Source of the DNA: Solirubrobacterales bacterium
Lineage (GTDB): Bacteria; Bacillota; Syntrophomonadia; Syntrophomonadales; DTU052
DNA: 64,000 nt
Direction: 5' to 3'
Assembly: GCA_050258755.1 (NCBI GenBank)
Contig: JBLMZI010000009.1
Coordinates: 6,006-70,005 of the forward strand
The notes beneath the pieces were generated by a model. That model had not been told where the DNA came from. It searched no databases and saw only the letters and a list, made by a program, of their open reading frames with translations. This document shows, in pieces, positions 53,173 to 62,554 of this stretch. The position numbers and the translations under genes are program-made. How positions within the stretch are numbered: the first letter of the stretch is position 1; each line of letters begins with the position of its first letter.

Positions 53173-54963
53173 ATGGATGATACCAAGCTCGACCACATTG
53201 TGCACGCTTCGCTGGAAGCGCTTCCTGATCTGCTGCACGTCGTGAATGCCGAATTGAATGTGGTCTATGCCAACCGGGCCATGCGGCGAGTCACCCGCGG
53301 CCTTGGCAAATCTGCCGGGCTTTGGTCCGAGCGTCTGCCGGACCTGTTTCCTTTTCTTCCCAAGGCAACCCTGGAACACTATCGCACCGCCTTTCAAACC
53401 GGACGGACCGCCAGGGCGGAAACCTCCCTGCTGGTCAAAAACCGGGCCTATCATGCCGAATTCTATTGGGTGCCGATTCACAGCGGCGGCACCGTGACGC
53501 ATGTTGTGACTTTGATCCGGGACCTGACCCGACTCAACCAGACCGAACGCGCGCTGAACGAAAGCGAAAACCGCTTCCGGCGGATCACCGGCCTGATGTT
53601 GGATCTGGTGGTTGAAATCGACCTGACCGGAATGATTATCTATGCCAGCCCGTCCCACACCGTGGTGACCGGATGGCGGCCTGAACAACTGGTTGGCACA
53701 TATACTTTCCAATACCAGCATCCGGACGATACGCCCCATGTCACTGAAGTCTTTCGGGCCGGCACCGAGCGCGGAAGCTCTGGAAAACTGGCCTATCGGA
53801 TCCGAAAAGCGGATGGCAGCTACATCTGGGTGGAAACTGTCGGGAACCCGGTTTTCGACGAATCCGGGAACTGTACCGGCGCCATTCTTTCCTCACGCGA
53901 TATTGACGAAATGAAACGCACCCAGGACCGGCTGGAATACCTGGCCCACCATGACCCGTTGACCGGATTATACAACCGGCATCATTTTGAGCGGGAATTG
54001 GCGCGCCAAAGTCAGCAGCCGACATTTCCGCTGACGGTTCTGGTTTTTGATGTTGACGGCTTAAAACTGGTGAATGACACCCTGGGCCTGGCGGCTGGCG
54101 ATCTGCTGCTGCAGGCCTGTGCCGGCATTCTCAGGGAAAACTGTGACGCGGCCGACATTCTTTGTCGTACCGGCGGTGATGAGTTCGCGGTGTTGAGTCC
54201 CAACCGCTCACAGACCGGATTGGATCAAAAAATCGAGGCAATTCGGCACGGCATTCGCGAGCATAACCGGATTCACCCCGATTTGCCGCTGAGCATTGCC
54301 ATCGGCTACGCGACCCGCACCAGACCGGAACCGGCGCTGATTGATCTCTTCAAGGATGCCGGCAAGCACATGTACCGCGAAAAGCTGCTGCACAGCCAGA
54401 GCGCCCGCAGCGCCATTGTCGAAGTTGTCATGAAAGCCCTGGAGGTGCGCGACTTTATTACCGAAGGACACACCGACCGCCTGCAGGACCTGGTCTCCAT
54501 GATCGCCCGGGCTTTGCGGTTTGACGATCAGCAGTTGAACGACCTATGCCTGTTCGCCAGATTTCACGACATCGGAAAGGTCGGCATACCAGACCGCATC
54601 CTGTTCAAGCCGGCGGCCTTGACACCCGAGGAATTCGAGGAAATGAAAACACACAGTGAAATCGGATATCGAATCGCACTGTCATCCCCGGAATTGATTC
54701 CGATCGCCGATCTGATTTTGAAACACCATGAATGGTACAATGGCAAAGGATACCCGTTCGGCCTGGCGGAAGAGAATATTCCGATCGAATGCCGCATCCT
54801 GGCGATCGCGGACGCCTATGACGCCATGAGCAATGACCGCCCTTACCGGAAAGCCATGGGCAAAGAAACGATTGTCCAGGAAATCCGCCGCTGTGCCGGG
54901 ACCCAATTTGACCCCCATCTCGTGGCTGTCTTCCTCGAAGTCATCGATTCGACCCTGTTATAG
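53173..54963 (+). CDS. cytoplasmic PAS-PAS-GGDEF-HD-GYP protein
   Basis: Track ORF 52993..54963. I prefer ATG 53173, with GGAGGGA upstream. Two PAS folds, GGDEF intact (CRTGGDEFAVLSP) but the I-site position reads DAAD instead of RxxD. HD-GYP is marked by FHDIGK and HHEWYNGKGYPFGL. Confidence 0.8.
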   Translation: MDDTKLDHIVHASLEALPDLLHVVNAELNVVYANRAMRRVTRGLGKSAGLWSERLPDLFPFLPKATLEHYRTAFQTGRTARAETSLLVKNRAYHAEFYWVPIHSGGTVTHVVTLIRDLTRLNQTERALNESENRFRRITGLMLDLVVEIDLTGMIIYASPSHTVVTGWRPEQLVGTYTFQYQHPDDTPHVTEVFRAGTERGSSGKLAYRIRKADGSYIWVETVGNPVFDESGNCTGAILSSRDIDEMKRTQDRLEYLAHHDPLTGLYNRHHFERELARQSQQPTFPLTVLVFDVDGLKLVNDTLGLAAGDLLLQACAGILRENCDAADILCRTGGDEFAVLSPNRSQTGLDQKIEAIRHGIREHNRIHPDLPLSIAIGYATRTRPEPALIDLFKDAGKHMYREKLLHSQSARSAIVEVVMKALEVRDFITEGHTDRLQDLVSMIARALRFDDQQLNDLCLFARFHDIGKVGIPDRILFKPAALTPEEFEEMKTHSEIGYRIALSSPELIPIADLILKHHEWYNGKGYPFGLAEENIPIECRILAIADAYDAMSNDRPYRKAMGKETIVQEIRRCAGTQFDPHLVAVFLEVIDSTLL

Positions 54964-54985
54964 CGTGCAAGGAGCGTCTTGAGCC

Positions 54986-55894
54986 ATGACGATTTCGGAA
55001 CAATGGAAGGGTGTTGGCTTTGTCCTTGGCGCCGACGCGCTCTGGGCACTGTCGGGCTCAATGGCGAAATACCTGTTTAACCAACATATCAGCCCATTTC
55101 ACCTGGTACAGATCCGACTAACCCTGTCCGCCTTGATTCTGGCGGTCTTTTTGGCTGTAACCCGTCCGGCCTTGCTGAAAATTGAGCGCTCCGACCTGCG
55201 TTATCTGCTCATCTTCGGTATCTTTGGCATGGCCCTGGTTCAGTTCACCTATTTGTTCACGATCAGCGAAACCAACGTGTCGACGGCTGTTTTTCTGCAG
55301 TACCTTGCGCCAGCCTTCGTCGTGCTTTATGAAACCGTGGCATGGCGCCAGGAACTGCGTCCGGTCAAAGCCGCCGCACTGGTACTGGCGTTGGTTGGCG
55401 GGCTGCTGATTCTGAAAGGACCGGGGGGCTGGGCCCTTTCGGTGACCCCCATCGGTCTGGCCAGCGGTCTGACCTCCGCAGCCGCCTTCGGGTTTTATAT
55501 TGTATACGGAAAATATGGGCTTTCCAGATATCACCCATTGACCCTCCTGGTCTGGGGCCTCGGGCTCGGCGCCCTGGCCTGGGCGATCGCCCGCCCGCCG
55601 TGGCTGCTGCCGTCCTTTTCAACCCGGGATTGGCTGTTTTTCCTGTATATTGCAGTCTTCGCAACCATCATCCCGTTTGGTTTGTTCTTCAAGGGATTGA
55701 ATCATCTGACCCCTGCGGTGACGGGCATAACCAGTATGATGGAACCAGTCCTGGCGGGTTTGTTCGCGTTCGTGCTGCTCAACGAAGTGCTGTCTTTGCC
55801 GCAGCTCGCCGGATGCGCTCTGATTATTGCCGGTGTTCTGATCATCCAGCAGACCGGAAATCCCACTGAAACAACCGCCCCCCCAAATGCCTAG
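54986..55894 (+). CDS. EamA/DMT-family transporter
   Basis: 302 aa with ten hydrophobic helices in two EamA-like halves. Confidence 0.7.
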   Translation: MTISEQWKGVGFVLGADALWALSGSMAKYLFNQHISPFHLVQIRLTLSALILAVFLAVTRPALLKIERSDLRYLLIFGIFGMALVQFTYLFTISETNVSTAVFLQYLAPAFVVLYETVAWRQELRPVKAAALVLALVGGLLILKGPGGWALSVTPIGLASGLTSAAAFGFYIVYGKYGLSRYHPLTLLVWGLGLGALAWAIARPPWLLPSFSTRDWLFFLYIAVFATIIPFGLFFKGLNHLTPAVTGITSMMEPVLAGLFAFVLLNEVLSLPQLAGCALIIAGVLIIQQTGNPTETTAPPNA

Positions 55895-55968
55895 TGATAT
55901 AGAAAACCCGGCAGAAACGCAATCCTTTTCGGATGGCTCAGCCGGGTCGTCAATGCTGTCGTAAATGG

Positions 55969-56685
55969 CTATTCCTTATGTCCCAGCGGCACAACATAAA
56001 ACACGCGCCAGTTTTTGCCCAAATACAGGAACCGGCGGGATTGATCCTCGCTGATGCCGCCGATCGTCACACTCCCCAGGTCCAGCGCGGTTGCCTGCAG
56101 GACCGCATTTTGGGCCGCGTGCCCGGCTTCCAGCGTGACATACCGCTCCGCCTGGGACGCACTGAACTGCTGGGTTCGGTCAATCCGCCCGGCGATCACC
56201 AGATTGGCCGCCGCGCCCCAGGGTGTCGGCTGCTGTACTGCAGCCAGCAGCTCGACGGTTAACTTTCCCGATTTGAGCCGGGTCAAGCGGTGGCCGGCCG
56301 GTTCATATCGGTACAAACCCGCGCTCAGTCCTGAAACATGATCTGCCACCACGAAAACCTCAAGCGGATGGACCCCAAATGCCGAAGGCGTGGTTCGTTT
56401 TGCCGCTTTCAAATCCGTGATTCCCTGGGCTGCCCACAAGACCTGTCCCAATTCGGCCAGGGTCATGGGCGCCGAAGCGTAAGTGCGCACCGACCGACGG
56501 TTTTCGATGGCCTGGGTCAGACTCATGCCGCCCTTCACCGACGGTGCCGGAAGCGCGATTCGCTGTCCGGAAGGCAAACCGTTGCCCGAATCAGGCGCCG
56601 GATAGAGCAGCTTCAAGGCAAGCGTTCCGAGGGCAAACAGAATAAAAAGCAGGGATAACCCGAGTACAATTCTGCGTTTCCACAT
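55969..56685 (-). CDS. membrane-anchored nitroreductase-superfamily (SagB/ThcOx-like) protein
   Basis: Track ORF 55969..56703. I prefer ATG 56683-56685, with GGGGGAGGGG upstream. After the TM anchor come AIENRRSVRTY, ..PSAFGVHPLEVFVV.. and LEAGHAAQN. Confidence 0.6.
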   Translation of the reverse strand: MWKRRIVLGLSLLFILFALGTLALKLLYPAPDSGNGLPSGQRIALPAPSVKGGMSLTQAIENRRSVRTYASAPMTLAELGQVLWAAQGITDLKAAKRTTPSAFGVHPLEVFVVADHVSGLSAGLYRYEPAGHRLTRLKSGKLTVELLAAVQQPTPWGAAANLVIAGRIDRTQQFSASQAERYVTLEAGHAAQNAVLQATALDLGSVTIGGISEDQSRRFLYLGKNWRVFYVVPLGHKE

Positions 56686-56751
56686 CGCCAACCCCTCCCC
56701 CACATTAGACGTACAACAAGAAGGTTTTCTGACCGTACGCCGTTTGATGCG

Positions 56752-57423
56752 TTACTCTTCCCGCCACCCCTGGCTCCCGATCAATGGGACAAAGCGAACC
56801 GCAACCGTTTGCTGCTGAAGCATCCGGCCATCTTCGTTCGTGACCAGGATCAACTCCTGCACGGTGTGGCCGCCGACCGGAATGATCATTCGGCCGCCCG
56901 GCCCCAGTTGATTTTGCAGCGTATCGGGAATTTCCGGTGCTCCGGCCGAAACCAGAATACAGTCGAAGGGGCCTTCTTCAGGCCATCCTACGGTTCCATC
57001 CGCCGTTCGGACGACGCAGTTGTCATAGCCGAGATCAATGAAAACGGCGCTGGCCCGCTCGGCCAGCGCCTCAATGCGCTCTACGGTGAAAACCCGGCTT
57101 GCGATCCGGCTGATGACCGCCGCGGCGTAGCCAGAACCCGTGCCGATTTCCAACACCCGGTCATTCGGGCCCGGGGACAGCCTGTCAATCATATAGGCCA
57201 CGATATACGGCTGAGAGATGGTCTGTCCCCAACCGATCGGCAGCGGGTGATCCCCGTACGCCCGCGCAATGTAGGCTTCGGGAATGAACCGATGGCGCGG
57301 CACGGCCTCGCATGCTGAAAGGACAGCTTTGTTCCCGATGCCGCGCGCTAAAAGCTGTTCGCGAACCATCGTTTTTCGCTGTAGGGTCAGTTCTTCTTCC
57401 GTGAATTGGTTTTGGGATGACAT
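56752..57423 (-). CDS. pcm: protein-L-isoaspartate O-methyltransferase
   Basis: 223 aa. HRFIPEAY, GQTISQPYIVAYM and VLEIGTGSGYAAAV (SAM motif I) are present. Confidence 0.85.
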   Translation of the reverse strand: MSSQNQFTEEELTLQRKTMVREQLLARGIGNKAVLSACEAVPRHRFIPEAYIARAYGDHPLPIGWGQTISQPYIVAYMIDRLSPGPNDRVLEIGTGSGYAAAVISRIASRVFTVERIEALAERASAVFIDLGYDNCVVRTADGTVGWPEEGPFDCILVSAGAPEIPDTLQNQLGPGGRMIIPVGGHTVQELILVTNEDGRMLQQQTVAVRFVPLIGSQGWREE

Positions 57424-57481
57424 GTTTTGGGCACCCCCGATTTAGGGCCGGTCAAACCTGAAAGTCGGCAATTTTTAAAGA

Positions 57482-57673
57482 TTAAGCCTCGTCAGGCTGC
57501 TCCTCTTTCAGATCAGCATCGTCCGGTTCACCTTTTTTCTTCTTTTTGCGGTGATCTTTCGCTTCGCCGTAAAAATGACGCTCCCCGCCGCCGCTGTGCT
57601 GCGCGGCGCTCTTTTGTTTTTTCTGTTCAATCATTTTGCGCATCATTTCAACGTTTTTATCCTCTGCCATCAT
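57482..57673 (-). CDS. small highly charged hydrophilic protein (63 aa), unknown function
   Basis: A GGAGGAATAG RBS sits directly upstream. The protein is K/E/D-rich with a KKKKKK run. There is no terminator before pcm, so the two are likely co-transcribed. Confidence 0.45.
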   Translation of the reverse strand: MMAEDKNVEMMRKMIEQKKQKSAAQHSGGGERHFYGEAKDHRKKKKKGEPDDADLKEEQPDEA

Positions 57674-57770
57674 CTATTCCTCCAAATCAAATTTTCCCGT
57701 CTTCAAAGAAAAAGATCCGTTCAACACGGATCATGTTTACATTTTACTTGATTTCAGACGGTTCCCGCTA

Positions 57771-60752
57771 CTACCCAATCCGGGTAATCCGCATCGGGGG
57801 CTGGTCGTATTTTTCGTCTGCACTCGTTGAACGGCCTCCAGCGGGCTCGGAAACCGATTTTGCGGCCGGATCGCTTGGGAAGCAAACCGAAAACACAGTT
57901 CCGGTGGCGGAGGTTTGAAAATGGAGCCGGGCATTGTGACGCTCCGCGATACTGTAGCACACCGCCAAACCTAATCCGGTTCCGCCCTCTTTGGTCGTGA
58001 AAAACGGGGTTCCAATCTTGTCGATAATATCCCCCGGAATGCCAGCGCCCTCGTCGGCCACTTCCAGAATCGCGATCTGGTTCTCGATTTTGGTCCGAAT
58101 CCACAGCCTGCGATCCTGCTCCATGGCGTCCAGACCGTTGCGGACCAGGTTCAGGACCAACTGCCGGATTTCCTTCGGATCAGCCTCAACCTCCGGCAGT
58201 GGCTGCAGGCACAGTTCGATTTGCTTATTTTCCAGCACCGCTTCGGCCATCATCAGCGGCGCGATCGCCTCGATGATCTGATTCAGCTTCTGCGGTGTGC
58301 GGGTAACGACTTTGTCCCTGGCCAGTGACAGGAATTCCGTAATAATCGCGTTCGCGCGATCCAGTTCCTCGATCATCAGCTCGAAGTATTCATGCTCGGT
58401 TTGATAGGCCGCTTTACGAAGCAGCATCTGCAGAAATCCGCGTACCGTCGTCATCGGATTACGGATCTCGTGGCCGATGCTGGCCGCGAACTGCCCGACC
58501 AGGGACATCCGGTCGAACCGAGCCATCTCGGCATCCATGCGCCGCTTATCGGTCAAGTCGGTCATAATGCAGAGAACGTGTTCCCGGCCGTTCATTTCAA
58601 ACACTTCGGAAGAAATCAGGCCGGCCCGCTCTTCTCCAAACCGATTGAAGAAACGGAATTCCCGGTTCCGGAAGCCTTTTGCCATCCGCTCTTCATGCTC
58701 GGGGGTAAAGAATCCAAGTTCACTGGGTGTTATCCCGATGACTTCTTCGGCCGAATACCCGGTGATCGTTACAAAGGCGTCATTCACCTGCGTGAACTGT
58801 TTGTTGTCCAGATGCAGCAGCATTATCGGGCTGGGACTCAACTGAAAAGCCCGCCCAAACAAGGCTTCCGATTCCATCCGTGCCCGTTCCGCCGTCTTGC
58901 GGCGGGTAATGTCGGTAGTTACGGCTGAAGCAGCGGTAATGACGTGATTTTGATCCCGGATTGGGGAGACCGAGGTGCTGACGTCGAACGCGGTCCCGTC
59001 CTTTCTCATCTGCCGACCCTCTAGGTCGCGGAAGACCTGGCCGTTCGTGATCGTTTGATGAATCAGCTCCGCGATCATCACATCTTCCGGCAGCCACAGC
59101 TCCCGGATATTCATCCCGATCGCTTCCTCTGCCGTGTATTCATACATTTCCTCGGCTGCATGGTTCCAGGTCATGATCTTACCATACCGGTCATAGCTGT
59201 AAATCGCGCTGCTCGAGCCCACCACCACCGAAGCCAGCAGTTCCAGCTGCCGGGCGGCTCGGTTTTGATCAGTAACATCCCTTATATGCGCGGAAAGACC
59301 GTTCGACGACGGATATGCCTGGTAATGGTAGATTCGTTGAGTAGCCGGACTGAGCAGCTCGGTTTCCACCGCTCTCCCTTCATGCATCACCTGATGCAGC
59401 TGGGTGTACAGCCCGGTTTTTTGTAAGTAGGGGAAGACGTCCCAAAAGGATTGACCGATCAGACCGCTCCGGTTCCTCTGAAGGATCGGCTCAGCCGCCG
59501 GGTTGACATAGGAGAACCGGAAAGCGCGGTCAAGCGTACAAAATCCGTCCGGAGTCCGTTCCAGGATCTCCAACACGATGCGGCTGGTCGCGTCCAATTC
59601 TTCCGCCAGGATTTTTTCTTCAGTGACATCCCTGGCGACCACGTAAGTCCGGTCCTCTGCCCGGTGTGCCGCCCAGGAAATCCAGCGATATGACTGGTCG
59701 CTGTGCCGAGCCCGGCACTCAAAATTGATCAGCTTGGGATTGCTGTCGATTCGGTTCACGGCAATCCAGGCCTTTTTCTGATCTCCCGGGTGGACGTAGC
59801 GCATCACGGCATCCCAGGTCGAAACGCCTAAAAAATGATCAGGCGGATAGCCGAGCAGGTTGGTAAGATTTTCATTCATCATGATGACGCGCTTGGATGA
59901 ATCGAGGATTATAAATCCATCGGGGGACAAATAGAAAAACCGGTTCAATTGTTCCTGGACATTCAGCCGGGCCTGACGCTCGCGCTCCAGTTCGGTCGCG
60001 CGAAGCCGGATGGTTTCCAAAACCGGTTCCAGTTCAGGCAGCCGCCTGGGATACTGCCCGGGGTGTTCCTCGGCCATTTCGGCTGCGTACTGCATCATTT
60101 CCTTACGGAGCAGGATAAACAAGGCCCAGGTAAGCAGACCGAGAAAAAGCGCAATGGCAACCCCGGTCACCCAGACCCCGGCCACATCGCTGAGCGCATC
60201 ATCATAAACCTCTTTCATCGGAAGAATGCAAAACAGCTGGTATTGTTTCGACAGGGTATCCAGAGGCTGTGCAACCATCACGTATGGCCCGCCGCCCGAG
60301 GCATTGACGATCTTTTTCTCGATGCTGGCACTGTTCAGCAGTCCTGCAGCGTCGGGGTGCTTTAAAACTTCGCCCAGTTCCGGGCGCCAGGTGGAATATA
60401 CTTTGGCAATCTTTCGGTTTTGCCGGTCGTAGACACCAAGAAGAAGCCCCGGCCAGTTCCACTCTTTTTGGGCAACAATTTTTTCAACCAGGTCCGGATC
60501 CAGCTCGTGGGAAGATACCTCTCCCGCCAGCGTCTGCCGGGTATCACGGTCCTTGATAATCAGATTCAAGGTTTGGAGAACGGTGATCATATAGGTTTCG
60601 CGGCGGTTTGTTTCGCGGTCGATGTAGGTTTCTGGAATGGCAATACTAAAATACAGCACGGGTATCAAGGTGAGTGCAGCGATCGCAAATACGACACGAT
60701 GCACTAAACCGGTATTGGCGATTATGTCTCTGATACGCCTGCTAATAGCCAT
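57771..60752 (-). CDS. multi-PAS sensor histidine kinase (KinA-like HEIRNP H-box)
   Basis: Track ORF 57771..60773. I prefer ATG 60750-60752, with GGAGGTGGGG upstream. Two TM helices flank an extracytoplasmic domain, followed by about five PAS folds, H-box SIGHEIRNPMTTVRGF and HATPase (NGLDAM, DEGAGI, GTGLGL). Confidence 0.85.
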   Translation of the reverse strand: MAISRRIRDIIANTGLVHRVVFAIAALTLIPVLYFSIAIPETYIDRETNRRETYMITVLQTLNLIIKDRDTRQTLAGEVSSHELDPDLVEKIVAQKEWNWPGLLLGVYDRQNRKIAKVYSTWRPELGEVLKHPDAAGLLNSASIEKKIVNASGGGPYVMVAQPLDTLSKQYQLFCILPMKEVYDDALSDVAGVWVTGVAIALFLGLLTWALFILLRKEMMQYAAEMAEEHPGQYPRRLPELEPVLETIRLRATELERERQARLNVQEQLNRFFYLSPDGFIILDSSKRVIMMNENLTNLLGYPPDHFLGVSTWDAVMRYVHPGDQKKAWIAVNRIDSNPKLINFECRARHSDQSYRWISWAAHRAEDRTYVVARDVTEEKILAEELDATSRIVLEILERTPDGFCTLDRAFRFSYVNPAAEPILQRNRSGLIGQSFWDVFPYLQKTGLYTQLHQVMHEGRAVETELLSPATQRIYHYQAYPSSNGLSAHIRDVTDQNRAARQLELLASVVVGSSSAIYSYDRYGKIMTWNHAAEEMYEYTAEEAIGMNIRELWLPEDVMIAELIHQTITNGQVFRDLEGRQMRKDGTAFDVSTSVSPIRDQNHVITAASAVTTDITRRKTAERARMESEALFGRAFQLSPSPIMLLHLDNKQFTQVNDAFVTITGYSAEEVIGITPSELGFFTPEHEERMAKGFRNREFRFFNRFGEERAGLISSEVFEMNGREHVLCIMTDLTDKRRMDAEMARFDRMSLVGQFAASIGHEIRNPMTTVRGFLQMLLRKAAYQTEHEYFELMIEELDRANAIITEFLSLARDKVVTRTPQKLNQIIEAIAPLMMAEAVLENKQIELCLQPLPEVEADPKEIRQLVLNLVRNGLDAMEQDRRLWIRTKIENQIAILEVADEGAGIPGDIIDKIGTPFFTTKEGGTGLGLAVCYSIAERHNARLHFQTSATGTVFSVCFPSDPAAKSVSEPAGGRSTSADEKYDQPPMRITRIG

Positions 60753-60892
60753 ATCCCCACCTCCGTGTATCATATCCTAACACTCGAAAACTGCGCATTC
60801 TGTCGAAACAGGTCAGCAATATAGAAAATGTTTTAAATTTTTCACCGAACAATCGTTCAAAGACACTGCTGCAATTGAATCGATTCCCGTAA

Positions 60893-60925
60893 CAAAGCCG
60901 GCTGCAAAGAGCCGGCTTTGTTTTT
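60893..60925 (+). other. terminator-like hairpin plus T-run inside a divergent promoter region
   Basis: caaagccggc-tgcaaaga-gccggctttg is followed by ttttt, about 80 nt upstream of the TPR gene ATG (61004). There is no upstream plus-strand gene to terminate. Confidence 0.45.
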
Positions 60926-61003
60926 CCCGGATTCGACACGCCGCTTCCGGGAAGTTGTTGTATCCTATTACATAGAGATTCAAGGTCACGGGAGGCCTGC
61001 GGT

Positions 61004-62554
61004 ATGGAGTCCCCGGATTTGATCCTGTTTTTTGGCGCTGTAAGCGTGGCGGCGGTCCTGCTGACCGCAGCGGTCAAGCGTATGCTGACCCGGCGGTACC
61101 AGGCGAAGCAGCGGTTGGCGGCCGGCGTCCGCCTGTACAACACCGGACAACCGGCCGAAGCACTGGCGCAGATCGAAGCGGCGCTAGCCATCGTTCCGAA
61201 CCAATTCGACGCCCTCAATCAGAAGGGTCTTGTTCTTACGGAACTGGGTCGTTTACAGGAAGCGGCCGCTGCTTATCGCGCGGCGCTGAAGCTGAATCCG
61301 CGCTCCGGCGCAGTCCATAACAACCTCGGCAACGCCCTGGCTCTGGCAGAATCCTCGCCCGATCAGGCGCTTTCCTGCTATGAACGGGCTATCGCGTTGG
61401 AACCAAAACTGGCGCACGCCCACAACGGCCGCGGCAACGCCTTCTATGACCTGGGACGGTTTCAGGACGCCCTGCAAAGCTATGAAGCGGCGCTTCGTCT
61501 TGATCCTGAGTACATCAGCGCGATCAACGGCCGGGCCATAACCCTTTCGGCCCTTGGACGCTCCGAAGAAGCCCTTCTCGGATTCGATCAGGCGCTTGCA
61601 CGCGATCCGGATTACGTTTACGCCCTCCTGGGCAAAAGCGCGGCGTTGAACGCGCTGGACCGGTATCCGGAGGCGTTGGATTGCATAAAAAGGGCTGCCG
61701 TGCTTCAGCAAACTGAAACTGCGGAGGGCGCGATTCCGGTTGTCGAAACCCATTGGGCCCTGGCGAACACATTATTCCTGTCCGGCCACTTCGCCGAAGC
61801 GGCCGAGCAATACCGGGCCGCGGCCGAGGCGTTCCCCGAGCGGGCTGATGTCTTTTTCTGCCTGGGATTGGCCTTGTTTAACCTGAACCGGTTCAATGAG
61901 GCCCTGGAGAGCTTTTCGCGGGTGATCGAACTGAATCCCGGTAAGGCCGACGGGTACTTGCATAAAGGGCATTGTTTGAAACAAACGGGGCAGTACGAAG
62001 CGGCGGCGGCCTATTATGATGAAGCCCTCCAGATCGATCCCGCTCTGGCCGCAGCCTATCTCAACAAAGGCAACTGCCTGTTTAACCTGGAGCGGTTCGA
62101 TGCCGCCCTGATATGCTGCAAACAGGCCGTTCTGGCCGCGCCAGATCAACCTGACGCACATTACGGCGAGGCGTTAACGCTGCTTTTTCTAGGGCGGGCC
62201 GAGGAGTCGCTGAGGCACTTTGATCTGGCCTTAGAATGCGACCCCCGGTTTGTACCGGCATTGGTTGAGAAAGGAAGCGCTTTAAACGCGCTCGGCCGCT
62301 ATGAAGAAGCGATCTTTCAATTCGACCATGCCCTGTCGATCGATCTCGCCGGCATGGATGCCTACCTGGGCAAAGCGGCGGCCCTCTGGTTCCTGGAACG
62401 CTATGAAGAGGCGCTGGAACAGGTGACCACCGCGCTTAAAATCGATCCGGCCAATGAAGAGGCCCGGCAGCTCCAACAGTCTATGCTGGAAGAGCTGGAA
62501 TTGAGCGATGCCGCCAAAGCCTCACACCAGACCGACAACCCTTATCTGAACTAA
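61004..62554 (+). CDS. membrane-anchored TPR-repeat protein
   Basis: 516 aa. An N-terminal TM helix is followed by about 13 consecutive 34-residue TPR units (recurrent A..Y..AL.L.P....A..N.G). Confidence 0.8.
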   Translation: MESPDLILFFGAVSVAAVLLTAAVKRMLTRRYQAKQRLAAGVRLYNTGQPAEALAQIEAALAIVPNQFDALNQKGLVLTELGRLQEAAAAYRAALKLNPRSGAVHNNLGNALALAESSPDQALSCYERAIALEPKLAHAHNGRGNAFYDLGRFQDALQSYEAALRLDPEYISAINGRAITLSALGRSEEALLGFDQALARDPDYVYALLGKSAALNALDRYPEALDCIKRAAVLQQTETAEGAIPVVETHWALANTLFLSGHFAEAAEQYRAAAEAFPERADVFFCLGLALFNLNRFNEALESFSRVIELNPGKADGYLHKGHCLKQTGQYEAAAAYYDEALQIDPALAAAYLNKGNCLFNLERFDAALICCKQAVLAAPDQPDAHYGEALTLLFLGRAEESLRHFDLALECDPRFVPALVEKGSALNALGRYEEAIFQFDHALSIDLAGMDAYLGKAAALWFLERYEEALEQVTTALKIDPANEEARQLQQSMLEELELSDAAKASHQTDNPYLN

